In this document: piece after piece, positions 36,208 through 51,465 of the stretch | How positions within the stretch are numbered: position 1 is the first letter of the stretch | How the letters are laid out: every line of letters starts with the position of its first letter | DNA from: Paecilomyces variotii | Lineage: Eukaryota | DNA length: 64,000 nt | Assembly (NCBI GenBank): GCA_004022145.1 | Contig: RCNU01000003.1 | Direction: 5' to 3' (one strand) | The notes under the pieces: model-generated | Database searches by the model: none | Told to the model about the DNA's origin: nothing | Seen by the model: only the letters and a program-made list of their open reading frames with translations | Made by a program: the position numbers and the translations under genes

Positions 36208-39200
36208 CTATAAATAACCAAGCCCAGCTCCGCTGATGGCCTCCAAGTCCGCTTTGATCTCCCACTCATCCGCACCAACGCGCGCGGCGATTTCCATTTT
36301 CCGCTGTCTTCCCAAGTCCAACCATCGCTGTAGTAAAGTCCCATCAATCATGCCGCGACCACCGATACCGTCGCTCTCTACCGCTCGGTAGGCACGGGGA
36401 TTCAGCCCGCATGGGTGCTCCAGGCTGTTGATCAATTGCGACTGCAGGGCTGACAGGCGCCTGTACGACTCCTCGGAGACCGATGTTATGAGACCTATCA
36501 ATCCGGTTTGGGTCGTAACCAACACTTGGTGTCTCGGGACATAGACATCTATATCCATCTCGTCCGAATTCGAGACCACAAGTTCTGAAGACACCACAGT
36601 GCGAGGTAAGAGCGTCATGGTCGAAGCGAAATGGCCCATATGGAAGGTGCTGCGGTCCAAAAGTCGATCTCCGTTGGATGACTTGGGATCTGATACAGAA
36701 AACACACGCAGTCAGATTGCAGGTTTTCAAGGCTAGATATCTTCTCTGACTTACCTTCCGGGTCATATTGCAATACATGCAGATTGCAATCGCTGTCGGA
36801 AACTAGGATGTACAGCTTGTTCGCATCTGGGAGGAATTCCGCTGCTACAACCTCCAGGTAGTCGGCGTCCTTTCCAAATAATGTCATCTTGTATGGGTCC
36901 TCCTATTACAGAATCAGTTAGCAATGACCCGACCCGCAAGTAGACACATGGTGCGTTTCCAGACCCGGGGGTTGCTGAGTTGGAAGGGCGCAGACAGAAG
37001 ATTCTGCCTATCGAAGGAAGCTGTTGGGGTTATTACCGAGTATCCCGTGAACCATAAGCCTTTCAACGCGTCTCCCAAAATACATAACCCAGTACCCTTG
37101 AGCTCTTTCACCACATTTACGTAGCATTGCATATCCATGAAGGCAACAGGGAGCAGACTCCCATCCTCTTTGAGTCCTCTCACCATGCACTTTTGTCCTT
37201 GAGCTACTATCAAGAAGCCTTGGCCTCCGATGCCTGACAAGCCAGTTACGGCCCCCTTCACGGGCTCCTTTCCCACGAGTTTCAACTTGCGGTTTGCCTC
37301 CGGTCTCTCTGGGTCTGGCACGACTTCGATGACGTCAAAAACATAAATGCAGCCCCGAGAAGCAATGTCCTCTCCTCGGGCGAAAGCAGTTCCGACAACA
37401 ATAAGATCTTTGCGCTCATGAGTATGTTCGGAGACTTCAAGGTTGATGTTCTTGACTGCCATGACACGTTCCGCCGGGGCGAAAGGATAGCTATCACGGG
37501 CGACACGTCAGATACGTACATAGGTTTCATATGCAAGATCACCTACCTGTCTATAATTGACCACGTCCTCGAGCTCATGATCTTAACAGAACTCTGATCG
37601 ATCTGCGGAAGGAAAGAAATGACTAATGCACGGTCAGGATTTGCTTTCCTGGTAGGAGGCTACTTGACAAACCTTCATTGCGCCATTCGGTATGGACCTC
37701 GTCATCATCGGGAAGTTTGAAGTCAGACTTGTGGCTTGTTCCGAGAATATACGTCCCAGATGAGGATGAGTATGCCAGGTGATCAATCTCTTCCCCTACT
37801 GGGATCCTTCGCGTTGTCCACGGGAAATGGAATTGCGTATCACGGGGCAATTGACACAACCTGACGACATCCTGCTGGTTGTCAGCTTAGATAGAACGGT
37901 TTGAACGATGTCATCAGAGTACTCACGTTAGAGTCGAGGTATATAAAGCCCGAATCGCCGTTAGGAACATGGAGACTACTGAGACCACGCACATAATCTG
38001 CTCTCAAGCGTATAATATGCGGCGTGGTGACAGCGGCCTTGAATATGAAACTCGGGGACGCGCCAGGCATGAATACGACGCTAAAACCAGAGACATCTGA
38101 CAATGAACGTAACGGTCTTGGTCGTAGCTGTGCGTCTGCATTTGATTTTGCCGCGGCCTCAGAAGGAAACCTTGGCAATGCGTGATTACTCTCCTTCAGG
38201 AAGTGCAAGTCTGTGGAGGTGGCTGCACTGTTCTCGGTGGCCATGAATGGCCTGTAAATGGCCAGGTCATCGGTACCCGTTCGAACCTATCACTGAATTA
38301 GATCATGAACTTAAAGAAAGCTCCAGGAGACATACAATCAAATAGGGGGATTTGCTCCATTGGTCTCCAAGGTCAGCAACGCATATTTCTGTCAAAGTCT
38401 CTCGGTTCGATGACCGTCTGAGCGGTGCGTCTTTGGATAGAATTGGAAGCAGTGAGTCGACACATTCAATAACAGATACCGACCGCAGGTCGGGGAATTG
38501 GAAAATCTGATTGCGCCTGTTAGTGTCTCTCTTATAGCTCCCAGTCCCAGGTTTATACGCTAAGTAAAGGGGATCCTCACAAAAAGCTTGCATTCCGAGT
38601 TCAGCGCAAACAGGAGAAAATTATTTGTGCTTTCCGTTGACGGCGCTGGAGAAAAGACGGACTGCTTATCGTCATAGAGACTGCATGAGAGCCATCGCCC
38701 GGAACTGACTTCTTCTGGAAGGGGAACTTCGTCCAAGTCACCACTAGCGTCTGCTTGCAGAATCAACAGCGTTGCATCATCCCGTAATATAACCAGATAG
38801 GGATCAGCGAAGCTGGCAGCCACAACTACACGCTCATCACTGGTATCTTCGTCCCAGACGGGATATATTTGAGCCAATCCAAGATCTGGTCCATTAGCTT
38901 TGAAATTAAAGAGGCAAGTAGGGTAAAAAAATGACACTTACTTTTGTCATAGCTCCTAACCTCACTTTTCAACACTTGGACGACTCGCGTCCCTCTCGCT
39001 AGTGTGCCAATATCGATCGTGTAATCCTCGTTCGGGTTGAACTCGGGGGCCTTGAAAGCCTCGAGTTTGCTGCCAACCGAAGCGTACACCAGAGATTGCT
39101 CTTTGTCGCCAGATTCTATCTTCGAGAGAATCACATAGCGGCTGACCTCGTTCTCTGTGGGGCCATCCACATTTGATAGCGTCGCACGATCATTCACAGT

Positions 39201-40916
39201 AACCGACCAAAGACAGTCAAGATGATCGAGCTCAAGAGAGCTGATTACGTGAGGGTCAATCTCACGCTTCAATACCACAAGACCACCGCTTCTGCCTGAG
39301 CCATGAGAGGCCACTAGCTCTAGTTCTGCCGATGCAGCGTTATCATTATTGCTGTTGCCGCTTTGTGTTCTCTGCGATTTGCCCAATGCTACATCTCTCA
39401 AGGGTCCCAGGTTGGGAAGCCTATCGTGAAGTCGAAAGTTATAGCTTCCGATAATCGAGCTGTCTTGCACCGATGTAATATCCTGCAGAGAGCCACTCGG
39501 TGCTGTGGAATACAAGTCATCCTCGTAGTTGTAGTCGTCCTCCTCCTCGTCTATATCTGAGACGTCGCCCAAATCGTCTGCGCTTTGCCTCTTATGCACG
39601 CGCGACTTCGTGGATGATGTATTACTCCAGCTTAGAAGCAGCGAGTCAGCATCTTCACTACCGAAAAATATTCGGTTATGGCTGAGAGTTGCTGAGCAGG
39701 ATGGGGCAGCTTCGAGGATATTACCACCGCCATTCGCCGAAATAGGACGAACCGATAAACCGGATACTGATCTGCCGTCCAGTTTGAAGCTCACAAGGAT
39801 CATATCACCACTAGAGAGGACCAAGATCAGATCGCCTTTGTCCATATCAAGCTGCTCAATGTGGCAGCCTTCCAGACGAAGAGCCAGGTCTGACTGATCT
39901 GCCATTGAAAAGGCCGAGACTTGTCTTGAAAACTCATTGACACCGACCGCATTTGTCTTTCCAGCTTGATCCACATGCACTAATTCGTTCGATCCGATGA
40001 GAAGCGCTCCACCGACAGGGGAGGGAAGAGCTACCACTTTGAACAGGTCGCTGGGGAGTCGAGCAACCGACAGTAGGGTCGTGGAGGCGCGTTGTTCAAG
40101 ATCAAGCGTGAAAACTGCGTAGAAGACGGCATCTTTTCGTTCATGTAACAATGCATTCGAAGTGGCCACTTGCGAATATAATATGCCAAATGTCGGTTCT
40201 CTATACTCATATAGGAACGCCAGGCTAATAGGATGGAGCAGGGACGGCTCCAGGGCAGTGAGTGGTAAAACGAAGGATGGACCGTACGGCGTCCGATATA
40301 ACTGCTGTTCTTTGTTTGCAGTCTCTGATGTTTCCATCGTTTCTTGTTCGCCATCGAGGCTAGGGTCATAGTCATCCATCACCAAGTCATCACCGGGCTG
40401 GTGGAAGGGTATGATAGCCAAGTTACGGATACCAAAATTCAAGATCGCACATCTGCTGGTGGGATCCACGGTAAGATGGCTACCGCAGCTGCTCAAATCC
40501 GGTACCCAAGGGCTACGGGTCAGATCCTCTTTCTCGTAATAGTGGACTGAGATAGTAGAGATTGCATGGCGCTCCGGATCCCATTCAATCAAACTCAGTT
40601 TGGCATTGCGGAAGGCTATGAGTATAGCCTCTCCTCCGCTCTTCGAGTTCATGATCTTCACAGGACTCATGTCCGTCACTGTTCCGGATAGAGCGTACTC
40701 CGCTACCAATACCAGCTTCCCATTCGGAGCTCGTTCAGGCCGACGGGCCTTGTCTTCAGCCTTTCCATTCTCTCCAGATACGACATCAATCAAGGAAAAT
40801 ATCTGCAAGAGTGAGGTCTTAGCTACCACCAGGTTGCTGGCAGTAGCTGAAGTAAACGGAACGGACAGGGCATGAGTGACCCCGGAAGGGGGTAATAGCT
40901 CTGTATAACACTGCAT
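36208..40916 (-). CDS. CFT1: Cleavage and polyadenylation specificity factor subunit 1 (CPSF160)
   Basis: Multi-exon gene linking track ORFs 38826-40916 through 36208-36705. [70 protein letters not shown]. Confidence 0.95.
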
Positions 40917-41416
40917 GTTTTGGGTTATCGCAGATCCGATGGGACCTTAAATCCAACTTAGATATTGACCAATCATATAACGAAAGACATTGCGATTGAC
41001 TGTAGTTAGAACTGGGTATGATTCCGCTGGCCTTTAAAAGCCCAGTGTCTCTGGGATCAACCTTCGGGAGCTTCAAAAGCTCGCTGGCCCACAACAAAGA
41101 GCCCGAGCTTCAGAGCCGGCGAATTGCACGCGGGGCGCCAAAAGGCCTATCCTGATACAGAATAGCGCCCGATGATAGCACGGTCACCACGTGATCGTTT
41201 ATTTGATGTGATGACGATCGTCAAAAAGAACATATGAGATGTCTGGATAAGCTACTCAAGTGTCCAGCCAACACCATTGCTGAACAACTATATTGCCTTC
41301 CTGTGAACAGGTCAGCTTGGCGGATTCTCTCTGTCCTTGCCGTGTAACCTACTATCCCATCTTGTTTGGAGCTACATCCCAAGCGATGCTGGCCAGCTTA
41401 ATAGGCAGCTAAGAAT

Positions 41417-43259
41417 ATGGCGCTTCTGCAGTCCTCTCTAATCTGGATCGGATATGCAATTGTCATATCTATCCTGGTCGCAGCTGTCTCTATTTTTGTA
41501 TATGTGTACCAGAGTCCTCGCGATCGCTCCCCATCAGTGAGCACAGTCAGCATTCTCACAATCACAGCCTTGCTTGCGACTGTGCTCTTGCTGCCAGTCG
41601 ATGTCGCCTTAGTGTCATCAACCACATCTTCGAAAACAGGGAAGCGAAAAGACTGGGCTACTCAAGATGAGGTTGACAAGATTACCTTCTCCCTAACGGT
41701 CATCTACTACTTGCTTTATTCCTTGGATGCTCTGCTCTGCCTGCTGGTGGTGCCGTTCACATATTTCTGGTATGAGGAATACGACGAGGTAGCCGCCTTG
41801 GAAGGTGAACAGTCGTTTGGACGACGATTCTGGGGGGCTTTTAAGTATACGATAGCGTTTATCATCGTGGTCGTCGTGCTCTTACTAGTTGGGTTTTTTG
41901 TTCCCATCTCAAGGAAGAATGACAATCTCGATTTCGATTTCTTCCGAAAATTACTACTTGAAAACCGTAAGTGCCCTTCAAGGTGACTTCGGCTATGCGT
42001 GACTAGATGACTGACCTGTGTACGCTGTTGCAGATGGTGAGCGGGCTCTCATGTTCGCTCTCGGCGCGCTAACGACTATTGGGATATGTATTTATGTCCT
42101 ATACACTTCTTCGGGCCTTGCTCTTCTCCCGATCTCCCTCATCAAGACCGCACCGTCTATAGCCAACCCATCGTTTAGAGCCAACACTATCTCGCAACTG
42201 GAAATGAACCGTGAACGCCAGCGTCAGCTAGAAGGTCGCTGCGCCGGTAATCCCGATCACCTATCATCCAAGGACCGTAGGGAGCTTGATGCTCTGGTCC
42301 GAGAAGAGCGGACACTAATACGGCGCCAGCGCCTCATAGAAGAAACTCAAGGAGCAGGTAAAAGCTGGATAATACGAGTGTGGTTGAAGATCGAAACAAT
42401 ACTCAGACCATTCAAGCTGCTGGTTGGAATAGTCCTCCTTATTATTGCATTACTAACGTGGGTGTCGATGCTTCTTACCGCGATTGATAAAACCAAGAAC
42501 TCCATTTGCAAGCAGCGATGTGGATATATCCTCGGCAATGTGAACATCTTCAATCCGGTAAACTGGATCTTCGTTGAGACTGCAAAAGTCTTCCCGGTCG
42601 ACTACGCCATTTTTTCAATCCTTGTGCTACTCTTTTTCAGCGGGTCTGTTGTTGGTATTGCCACCATCGGTATCCGATTTCTGTGGATTAAGATTTTCCA
42701 GATACGCAGAGGCCATACGTCCCCACAAGCTCTGCTTATCAGCACAATGATGTTGACGTTGATAACTCTCGCTCTGAACTACTCGATCACAATGATCGTT
42801 GCCCCTCAATACGCGACGTTTGGGCCACAGACATTCTGCGATCGCGCTTCTGGATGGCTTGGTGGACAGCCTGACTGCAGAGATAACAAGCATTTGATCA
42901 AGCCGTGCTCTGAAACGGCGGACAACCCTTCTGCAAAAGCGGTGTGTACGCCTAGTGTAGTCAGTACCATATTTAATCGTGTGACATCGAATTTCCCTTT
43001 CTTCGGCGCGGTCTTTTTCTGGGCTCAGTTTGGATTTCTCGGTAAGTCTTTGACACCCTTCCCTCCCTGAAGATCATATTTGGATTGGTCGAAGTGATAT
43101 TAACCGATATATTGTCCAGGGATCTATCTCATTGTCTTTACCACGACACTCTTCCGTTCACCCAAGCTGTCTGAAGACCAGATTGATGAGGATGCTCAGG
43201 AAGCAGAAGAGGAAGGGCTATTAGCTCGAACTGCCAGACGCTCTCATCAGACGTTCTAA
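41417..43259 (+). CDS. LMBR1-family membrane protein, LMBRD1 (lysosomal cobalamin escort)-like
   Basis: Exons 41417-41966, 42034-43041, 43120-43259. [65 protein letters not shown]; about nine hydrophobic segments. Confidence 0.9.
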
Positions 43260-44145
43260 AGAAGTTGCTTACAAAGCCCAGGAGAATTTGGCACGCATGA
43301 CACAGGCCGCCACCAAGTAACCACTCGACTCATCAGCTCATTAGCTCCTCGACTCGCCCGCTGGAAGGGAGGACGGAAAAGAGGGACCAGAGATAGTATG
43401 AGTACCCATACTGGGATATTTGAATCACGCATAGTGCTACAGTCCCGGGTCTTCGATACCTACACTTTTCTTGTGAAGCTGTTGGCCATTTTCAAAACTT
43501 CAATCTGCATTGGTTCTATATGCAATGCTGGGACAAGCTCCTGTCCGCTATGACTATTACGATTTAGGGATATTGAACATGTAAATTAACGCGAATGACA
43601 TGATTAACCTTTGTAAGATGTATTAACATGATTTGCTTGCCAAATCCCTCCTTCATTGAGGAGAACACGCACATGTCCGTATACGAGGTTGTAAATTCTA
43701 TATCGCTCAATATAGCCTTTCATAATTCCGCTGAAATGGAGGCTTCCCCGTATCATTGTTGCTTCCCCCGTAGCGGTAAGATATATTCAATCTTCACATG
43801 ATTTCGACCGAATGTGGTCCGAAATCTTCGAGCAGCTACTCCAGACCTGGACTGCTTGCAAAGGGGACGACGTTTCGATCGCGTGAGACGACAGTGAAGA
43901 AGTCTCCAGGTCAGAGCTGATCAATGTCGCCGATCAGAAGCCGTATTCCACTTCTAAGCGATTCCGATCTTTAGCTAGAGAAGCGTATACTCCAATAGCC
44001 CGCAGAGGAGAAGATAGCGTCGAGGATGGAGATGTGCAGGACAGGCAGTGATCGCAGGATGTTCAACAGATCGTATATCACCAAATTTCTGATTGCACAT
44101 CATGTATCCGCAGAAGAGTAGCGTAGAATATTTTGGCTCCTCTGT

Positions 44146-44771
44146 TCAGCCCTCGAGCAGAGCAAGGGCACTTTCGAATGCTTTAACGACATTTGCATCT
44201 ACATTGGGCATGATCAGTATATTATCATTTCATAATAACAGCACATTATTCTTACAATGCTTTTTCTTATCTTCTAACTTTGTCTCAGAGTTCTGCACAT
44301 GCTGCATACGTGTCTTGAACCTGCCGTAGGAGTTAGCACATCGATTCATTTAACCAGGCAAACACAGAGCGGCATCAGACCTTTTAAAGGCTCGGTCTTC
44401 GTCATAGGACACTGCAACCTGTGACCAGGTCATAAACACCTGACTCTTTTGTCAGTAGGGCTTTCTTTTGCTTCTGATGGCCGGTTGCTATGTACCTCGA
44501 GCAGCTTAGCTGTTTGGTCCCGTAATTCCTGCTCGGCTTGGGCATGCGTCTCCATTGCGGTTGAAAATTTCTCCTGAAGAACCTCCCAGCTACATTCGTG
44601 GAGGTTTTCAAGCGTATTTTCTAGGTCAAACCGATCATTCTGCGCACCAGGGGCACTTTCCGAGATACCTGGGGAGAGAGCTTTTGATGACGAGTGCTCC
44701 GAAATGTCATCGCGAGAAACAAGCTCCTCATCGTAGTCACTCGTTTTCTCTATCCCTGTTGTTTGCATCAT
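44146..44771 (-). CDS. Small four-exon coiled-coil protein of unknown function (150 aa)
   Basis: Exons 44771-44496, 44439-44381, 44320-44256, 44198-44146, all GT-AG and in frame: ...LLE|VFMTWSQVAVSYDEDRAFKR|FKTRMQHVQNSETKLEDKKKHY|ANVVKAFESALALLEG*. Confidence 0.8.
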
Positions 44772-45414
44772 GACAAATAATAGAAGTCTGACATCGATCA
44801 AGCAGGATGCTGGCAATAATAGATTCAGAGAGGTGCTGTTTGCGAGATACTTGCAGAATATGGTACCACCGGTGTCAACACAGGTCACAGGTGGGCACCG
44901 GCCTTAGTAGCGATCACCAATAGCTTCTGATAACTATCTGCGCTGGATTGTCGAACTGATCTGCACAAACTAGTAGTTATATTATAGCAAAATGCTAGAA
45001 AAAAGTTTTCTTTTCAAACATCAACATTGGCCTGGATTCATGGAGTCTTCAGAAATAAGGAGCAGCCCATCGCAGGCGAGAGTCATGTTTGGGCTGTCAG
45101 GTGACGTTATCTGCGGACATCTGCAGTTCCCGACCTGGGTGTCGGAACCGTCACAAGAGTGCTATGGCAGATGCCTTCCGGTACTTCACACGCGCATAAC
45201 TCTCCTGGACAATACCATAATCCCTGGAATGAACACTTTGGTCTACCAGAGACTAAGCCATGAAGGCTCTCGGCGGTTGCTTAAATTCACTTGCTGAGCT
45301 GCATGGTTCTTCTGCCCGACAGCTTCAACCTTCTTCGAATAACCACGAAATGATCATGGGATGGCAGCACCGTTCTCCAGCTACTTCATCGATCCCTTAC
45401 CGAAGCGACCAGAT

Positions 45415-47062
45415 ATGAACTGCCACATCTGCACCGTGTGCTCTCGCTCCCCAAATTCGCGGCGGCCTTTCTACTGCTCCACATGCGCTCGTAATCAGCT
45501 CTATCAATTACGGGTGGAAAATGCCCAGATACTGTTGGAAAAGGATAATGTCAGACGCCAGGTCGAGGCTATAGTTATTAGCGGAAATGAGCATGGCGAA
45601 GAAGGGCGAGCGAGGATTCCAGCCTCTGATGTGCAGGAAAGCTCTCGCCGCTGGTCCATCCATGCCACGCATAACAAGGAGTCTCAGTCGTCCGCGAGAA
45701 AGAAAGCGATCACTGAGTGTATTGAATCTCTCAAGACTAGCATCCGAGAGAAACGCAGCGACATAGTCCGACGTAAAGCGGCTCTAGCCCAGCGACACTC
45801 GGATGCCGAATCTGCAAACTACCAGTTCGCGGAGCGCCGGACCGCGGTGTTGACCGGCATTCAGAACAATATCAAGAGAACTGAACATCTTTGGCATGCC
45901 TTGCATAATAAGACAGCCGAGTCACGTATATTTCTCTGTCGTGAGGCTGCCAGTCTCTATGGGTTGAGGCAAAACATCAAGAAGAGAAACGGTGAGCTCA
46001 AGGAGAGCTATACAATAGGCGGGGTGACTATATTGGATCTTCGTGATATGAATGGTATGTTGTCTTTGCCCTCCTTGACAGTATCTTATGGGTACTAATT
46101 TTTGCATAGGTGCTTCGCCCACACAGCTATCCACAGCCTTTTGTAACATTGCCCATCTACTTGTCCTAGTTTCTCACTATCTCTCACTGAGACTTCCGGC
46201 TGAAATCACACTTCCGCATCGGAACTATCCTGCATCAACAATATTCCCACCCGCTGCTTCCTACCTCTCGCGAGATGTGAGCTTCCCTGGAATGTCTCCT
46301 TCGCATTCGTCATCCACTAGTCCTGCAGCATCAAGGACAGTAGATGCGCGTCCAATGGCTCGACCTAGACCTCTCTATACAGACAAAACACTTCCAAAAC
46401 TCGTCAAGGAAGATCCTGTGTTTTATGCTCTTTTCTTGGAGGGTGCTTGTCTGTTGGCATGGAATATCTCTTGGTTATGTCGAACTCAGGGAATCAACGT
46501 CGGATCAGACTCATGGGAGGATGTCTGTAATTTGGGAAAGAATATGTGGCACCTGCTAGTTGCACCAAGCGCCCAAGCCTCAACTGTTATGAGAGTGCAC
46601 TCTGGCCCAGACGTCCAGGCAAAACTCAAGTCCTTGAGACACTCCCCGAGGACTAGTATTCAAAGGACGAAATCGTTCCCCATGCTTGGCCACTTTTCTC
46701 ACGGAACGTCTCATTCCTTTCTAGGTGCAGTAGATGGCACAGAGTTCATGCGAACGTGGAGACTACCGACGCCCCTAAAGGTTTATGACAGACTTAAGTC
46801 GGTACTGTTGGGTGAGATGGCAAGTGCGGAATGGGAGCTTCTCGAGAAGGAGTGGGATGATACAGGAGAGGACCAATCTCAGCCCACCTCCAGCCAGCCT
46901 CCCCTGAGTCAAAGCAATACCGAGAGCATACTCTCCGGTGCGACTGAGGTTAAATCACGGAGTCCCGATAATACGACGGCAACGAGTGAGCGCATTGGTA
47001 CTCAGGTGGACCCCGATCGAGCAAAGGGTACCAGCGGCTGGACAAAGGTCAAGAGCAGATAG
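45415..47062 (+). CDS. Atg14/UVRAG(Vps38)-family PI3K complex subunit
   Basis: Exons 45415-46054 and 46110-47062 (another in-frame ATG at 45361). N-terminal CxxC...CxxC, a long coiled coil, then HLLVLVSHYLSLRLPAEITLP and LFLEGACLLAWNISWLCRTQG. Confidence 0.85.
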
Positions 47063-47399
47063 CGAAGCTTCGTATTATAGACTACAATGTACGTACTATT
47101 GGCATCTAGTGACTATTTGGTTGAATCTGCTACATCCGTAAACTCATGTTCATCTGCAAGCGATCTCCGGGCAACATACCTTAGCCGACTATCTGTTCTA
47201 GTCACCGCCCGCTGCGGTACTGCCGGACCCTCCGCGGCCCACTCCAGATGTCCGGAAGAACAACATGCGGATTCCCTATCGGAGTCGATAGAGCCTCGAC
47301 AATCACAGACGTTGCGCTGTGCACAGAGCGAATATTCCGCATCTCCTTCGGGGCCATGGATGTGGCGGAAAAGCGACACGGTTCTATATCACTGCAAAA

Positions 47400-49037
47400 A
47401 TGGACGCGGTTCACATAGAATCCAGCGCTGCGGCCGGAGACCTCGGTGAGTGTCCTGACCTCCTCCGCAGCAATGTTTTGTCTTATGTTCTGTACAACTG
47501 AGGTCGAATCCATTGGGCCATGATGTGTCTCTGGAGTTTTGAATTATTCAGCCACAAGCTTGACCAATATCAAACCTTGAAGTAGTACTAACTCCTCTCC
47601 TATTGTGTTCAGGGGCCCGACAGAGTATCCAGTCTTTAGCGGATTTTCCGATTACCCTTCTGAGAGCAGAGCTCCAGCGCAGGACTGGAAACGAAGTGGT
47701 GACTAGAGGGAACGATGATGGATCAACTTGTGGCACGAGCAAGCAGGGATCGTACAATACCTCGTTACATGTGCTGGCGCTGGTCCTGATTCTCGGGTTG
47801 AGTACGCTAGGTAAAGGCGATCCTCCCCAGAAAGCATTGACTACATGTGCTAATATATCCATATCCAGCGTGTTCATTTCCCGTTATCGCCCGTAGATTC
47901 CCACGCCTCCCGATCCCTCGTCGTTTCCTGTTCCTCTCGAGGCACTTCGGAACCGGGGTGTTGATTGCTACAGCATTTGTTCACTTGCTCCCAACCGCCT
48001 TCATCTCTCTTACTGATTCATGTCTCCCCACCTTCTGGCATAAGAGCTACCCTGCTATGGCTGGCTTCGTGGCCATGCTCTCAGTCTTTGTGGTCGTCAC
48101 CGTGGAGATGTTTTTCGCCATGAAGGGCGCACGTCATGTACATGGAAGCGAGTATGACAATCTCACCCGCGATGTGGACTATCAAGATGCAGAAGACGAG
48201 TATGCACGACCTATTAGTCAGGGCCACCGTTCTTCGCTACGACTTGAGAATATGCGAAATCATCGCCCTCAAGGAAGCGTCTCAAGAGATATGGACGGAT
48301 CGTCGGAAAGACTAGTACCCGCAGATGGTCACGAACCTTATGATGAGACAGATGGGGACAAGGATAGCGAGGATCTCGATCTCGAGACTTTGGACCCGTA
48401 TAACGATCAAAATACTTTCGCCCAGGGGCGTGGTCAGGGCTTTGGACGCCGCAATTCACGCACTCAACCAAGCAGTCACAACAACGGCTTGCACAGCTTT
48501 GGCGGCCATCATAAATCCGATATCCAGCATCAGAATCCGCAAAAGCAACTTCTTCAATGTCTTCTTCTCGAAGCTGGCATCCTGTTCCATAGCATCTTTA
48601 TCGGAATGGCTCTCAGTGTCGCGACGGGGACTTCATTTATTGTCCTTCTAGTAGCCATATCCTTTCACCAGACCTTTGAGGGATTCGCTCTCGGCTCCCG
48701 CATCGCCTCCCTTATTCCTGACCTTTTCCCTCCATCTTCGCCAAGGCCATGGCTCATGTGCCTTGCCTATGGAACCACAACTCCCATCGGACAGGCCATC
48801 GGCCTGATTCTCCACAATATGTACGACCCGACCAGCACAACTGGCCTGCTGATGGTTGGTATCACAAACGCCATCAGCAGCGGGCTTCTTCTTTTTGCAG
48901 GCCTCGTGGAACTTCTAGCCGAGGACTTCCTCAGCGACTCAAGCTACGAAACACTTAGCGGCAAGCGCCGGGTCGAGGCTTGCGTGGCTGTTGGCTGCGG
49001 AGCAATGCTGATGGCCTTCGTTGGCGCTTGGGCATGA
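47400..49037 (+). CDS. ZIP-family (Zrt/Irt) zinc/iron transporter
   Basis: Probable exons 47400-47445, 47613-47810, 47869-49037 (first exon less certain). RHFGTGVLIATAFVHLLP, His-containing loop, LLEAGILFHSIFIG, SFHQTFEGFALG. Confidence 0.9.
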
Positions 49038-49596
49038 GGACAATTTGAGGGTTTCCTTTTTTGTTTTGTGGAATGCAAATTCAAATTTCTTTCTGAGCCT
49101 GGACTCTTTATAAAGGCGTTTGTACCATCTGATATATTCTCGGGGTTCCTGATCGAAATAGACCATGGATTTTTGACACTATTTCTGCGCTGTCGAATCA
49201 ACCTGTACGCTATTGAGGTTTCGGGGATTTGGAAGCGAGCACTACAAACCTTGAGTGTCTTAACTGTAGATGCGAACATAATAGACATGGGAAATGATAA
49301 AATATCGCGTTCTATCTACGTACGTACTAAAGGTGGTGAACATGGAAGTGACGGAAGAACAATCTTCATCGGGACATGGTATGGGGGAATTTGTGGAATC
49401 GGCGTCGAACTGCGTTCTATATTTCATGTTCCAGTTGCATGGCTCCATGGCTCGTACGCTCCCACTGTAGAACAACGGCAAACCAGCCATATGCTGTTAA
49501 ACCTAATTACAAGTTATATAAATGCGCCAAAGTCATATCCATCGTGCCTCTCTAAAGGCAGATCTCGAACACCATAAAGTTCTTCGAAAGTGTCGT

Positions 49597-51028
<1,432 letters not shown>

Positions 51029-51465
51029 CTTGTAGACTTCAGGCAACAGCGATATCAGAAAGTGAGGGGCGGTTAGAGAGGACCGTTGGAGTAGATGAGG
51101 CTTTTGACGGGAGAGTGAGAACAGATCAATAGAACAGAATGTCTGGCACGCAGCGGAATACCAAATAAGCAGAACCTCGCGAACAACCTGAAGAAGAGAA
51201 AGACCGTCTCAACAGAACCGGGGAGAGTTCGTTTCTTAAAGGAGGGACACGCCTTAGTGTATTACTATCTAACTTAGTGGGGGCAGCGGTCTGGCGCCTT
51301 AATAGGCAGTGCCGCAGTGCTAGGTACAAAAAACAAAATTGGGACACGGAGAAGAGCTTGGGCCATCTCCGGTTGCCGGCTTCAAGAAACTTCAACTGGA
51401 AGCGCGACTGGCCTATCCCCGCGTCCGTGACGATCGCATTGAAGTTGCGATTACAACACCGCATC

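Noticed and set aside
43742-43913. Short direct repeat (GCTTCCCCGTA) and small inverted repeats
   Set aside because: Too short to exceed chance; no terminal inverted repeat or target-site duplication structure.
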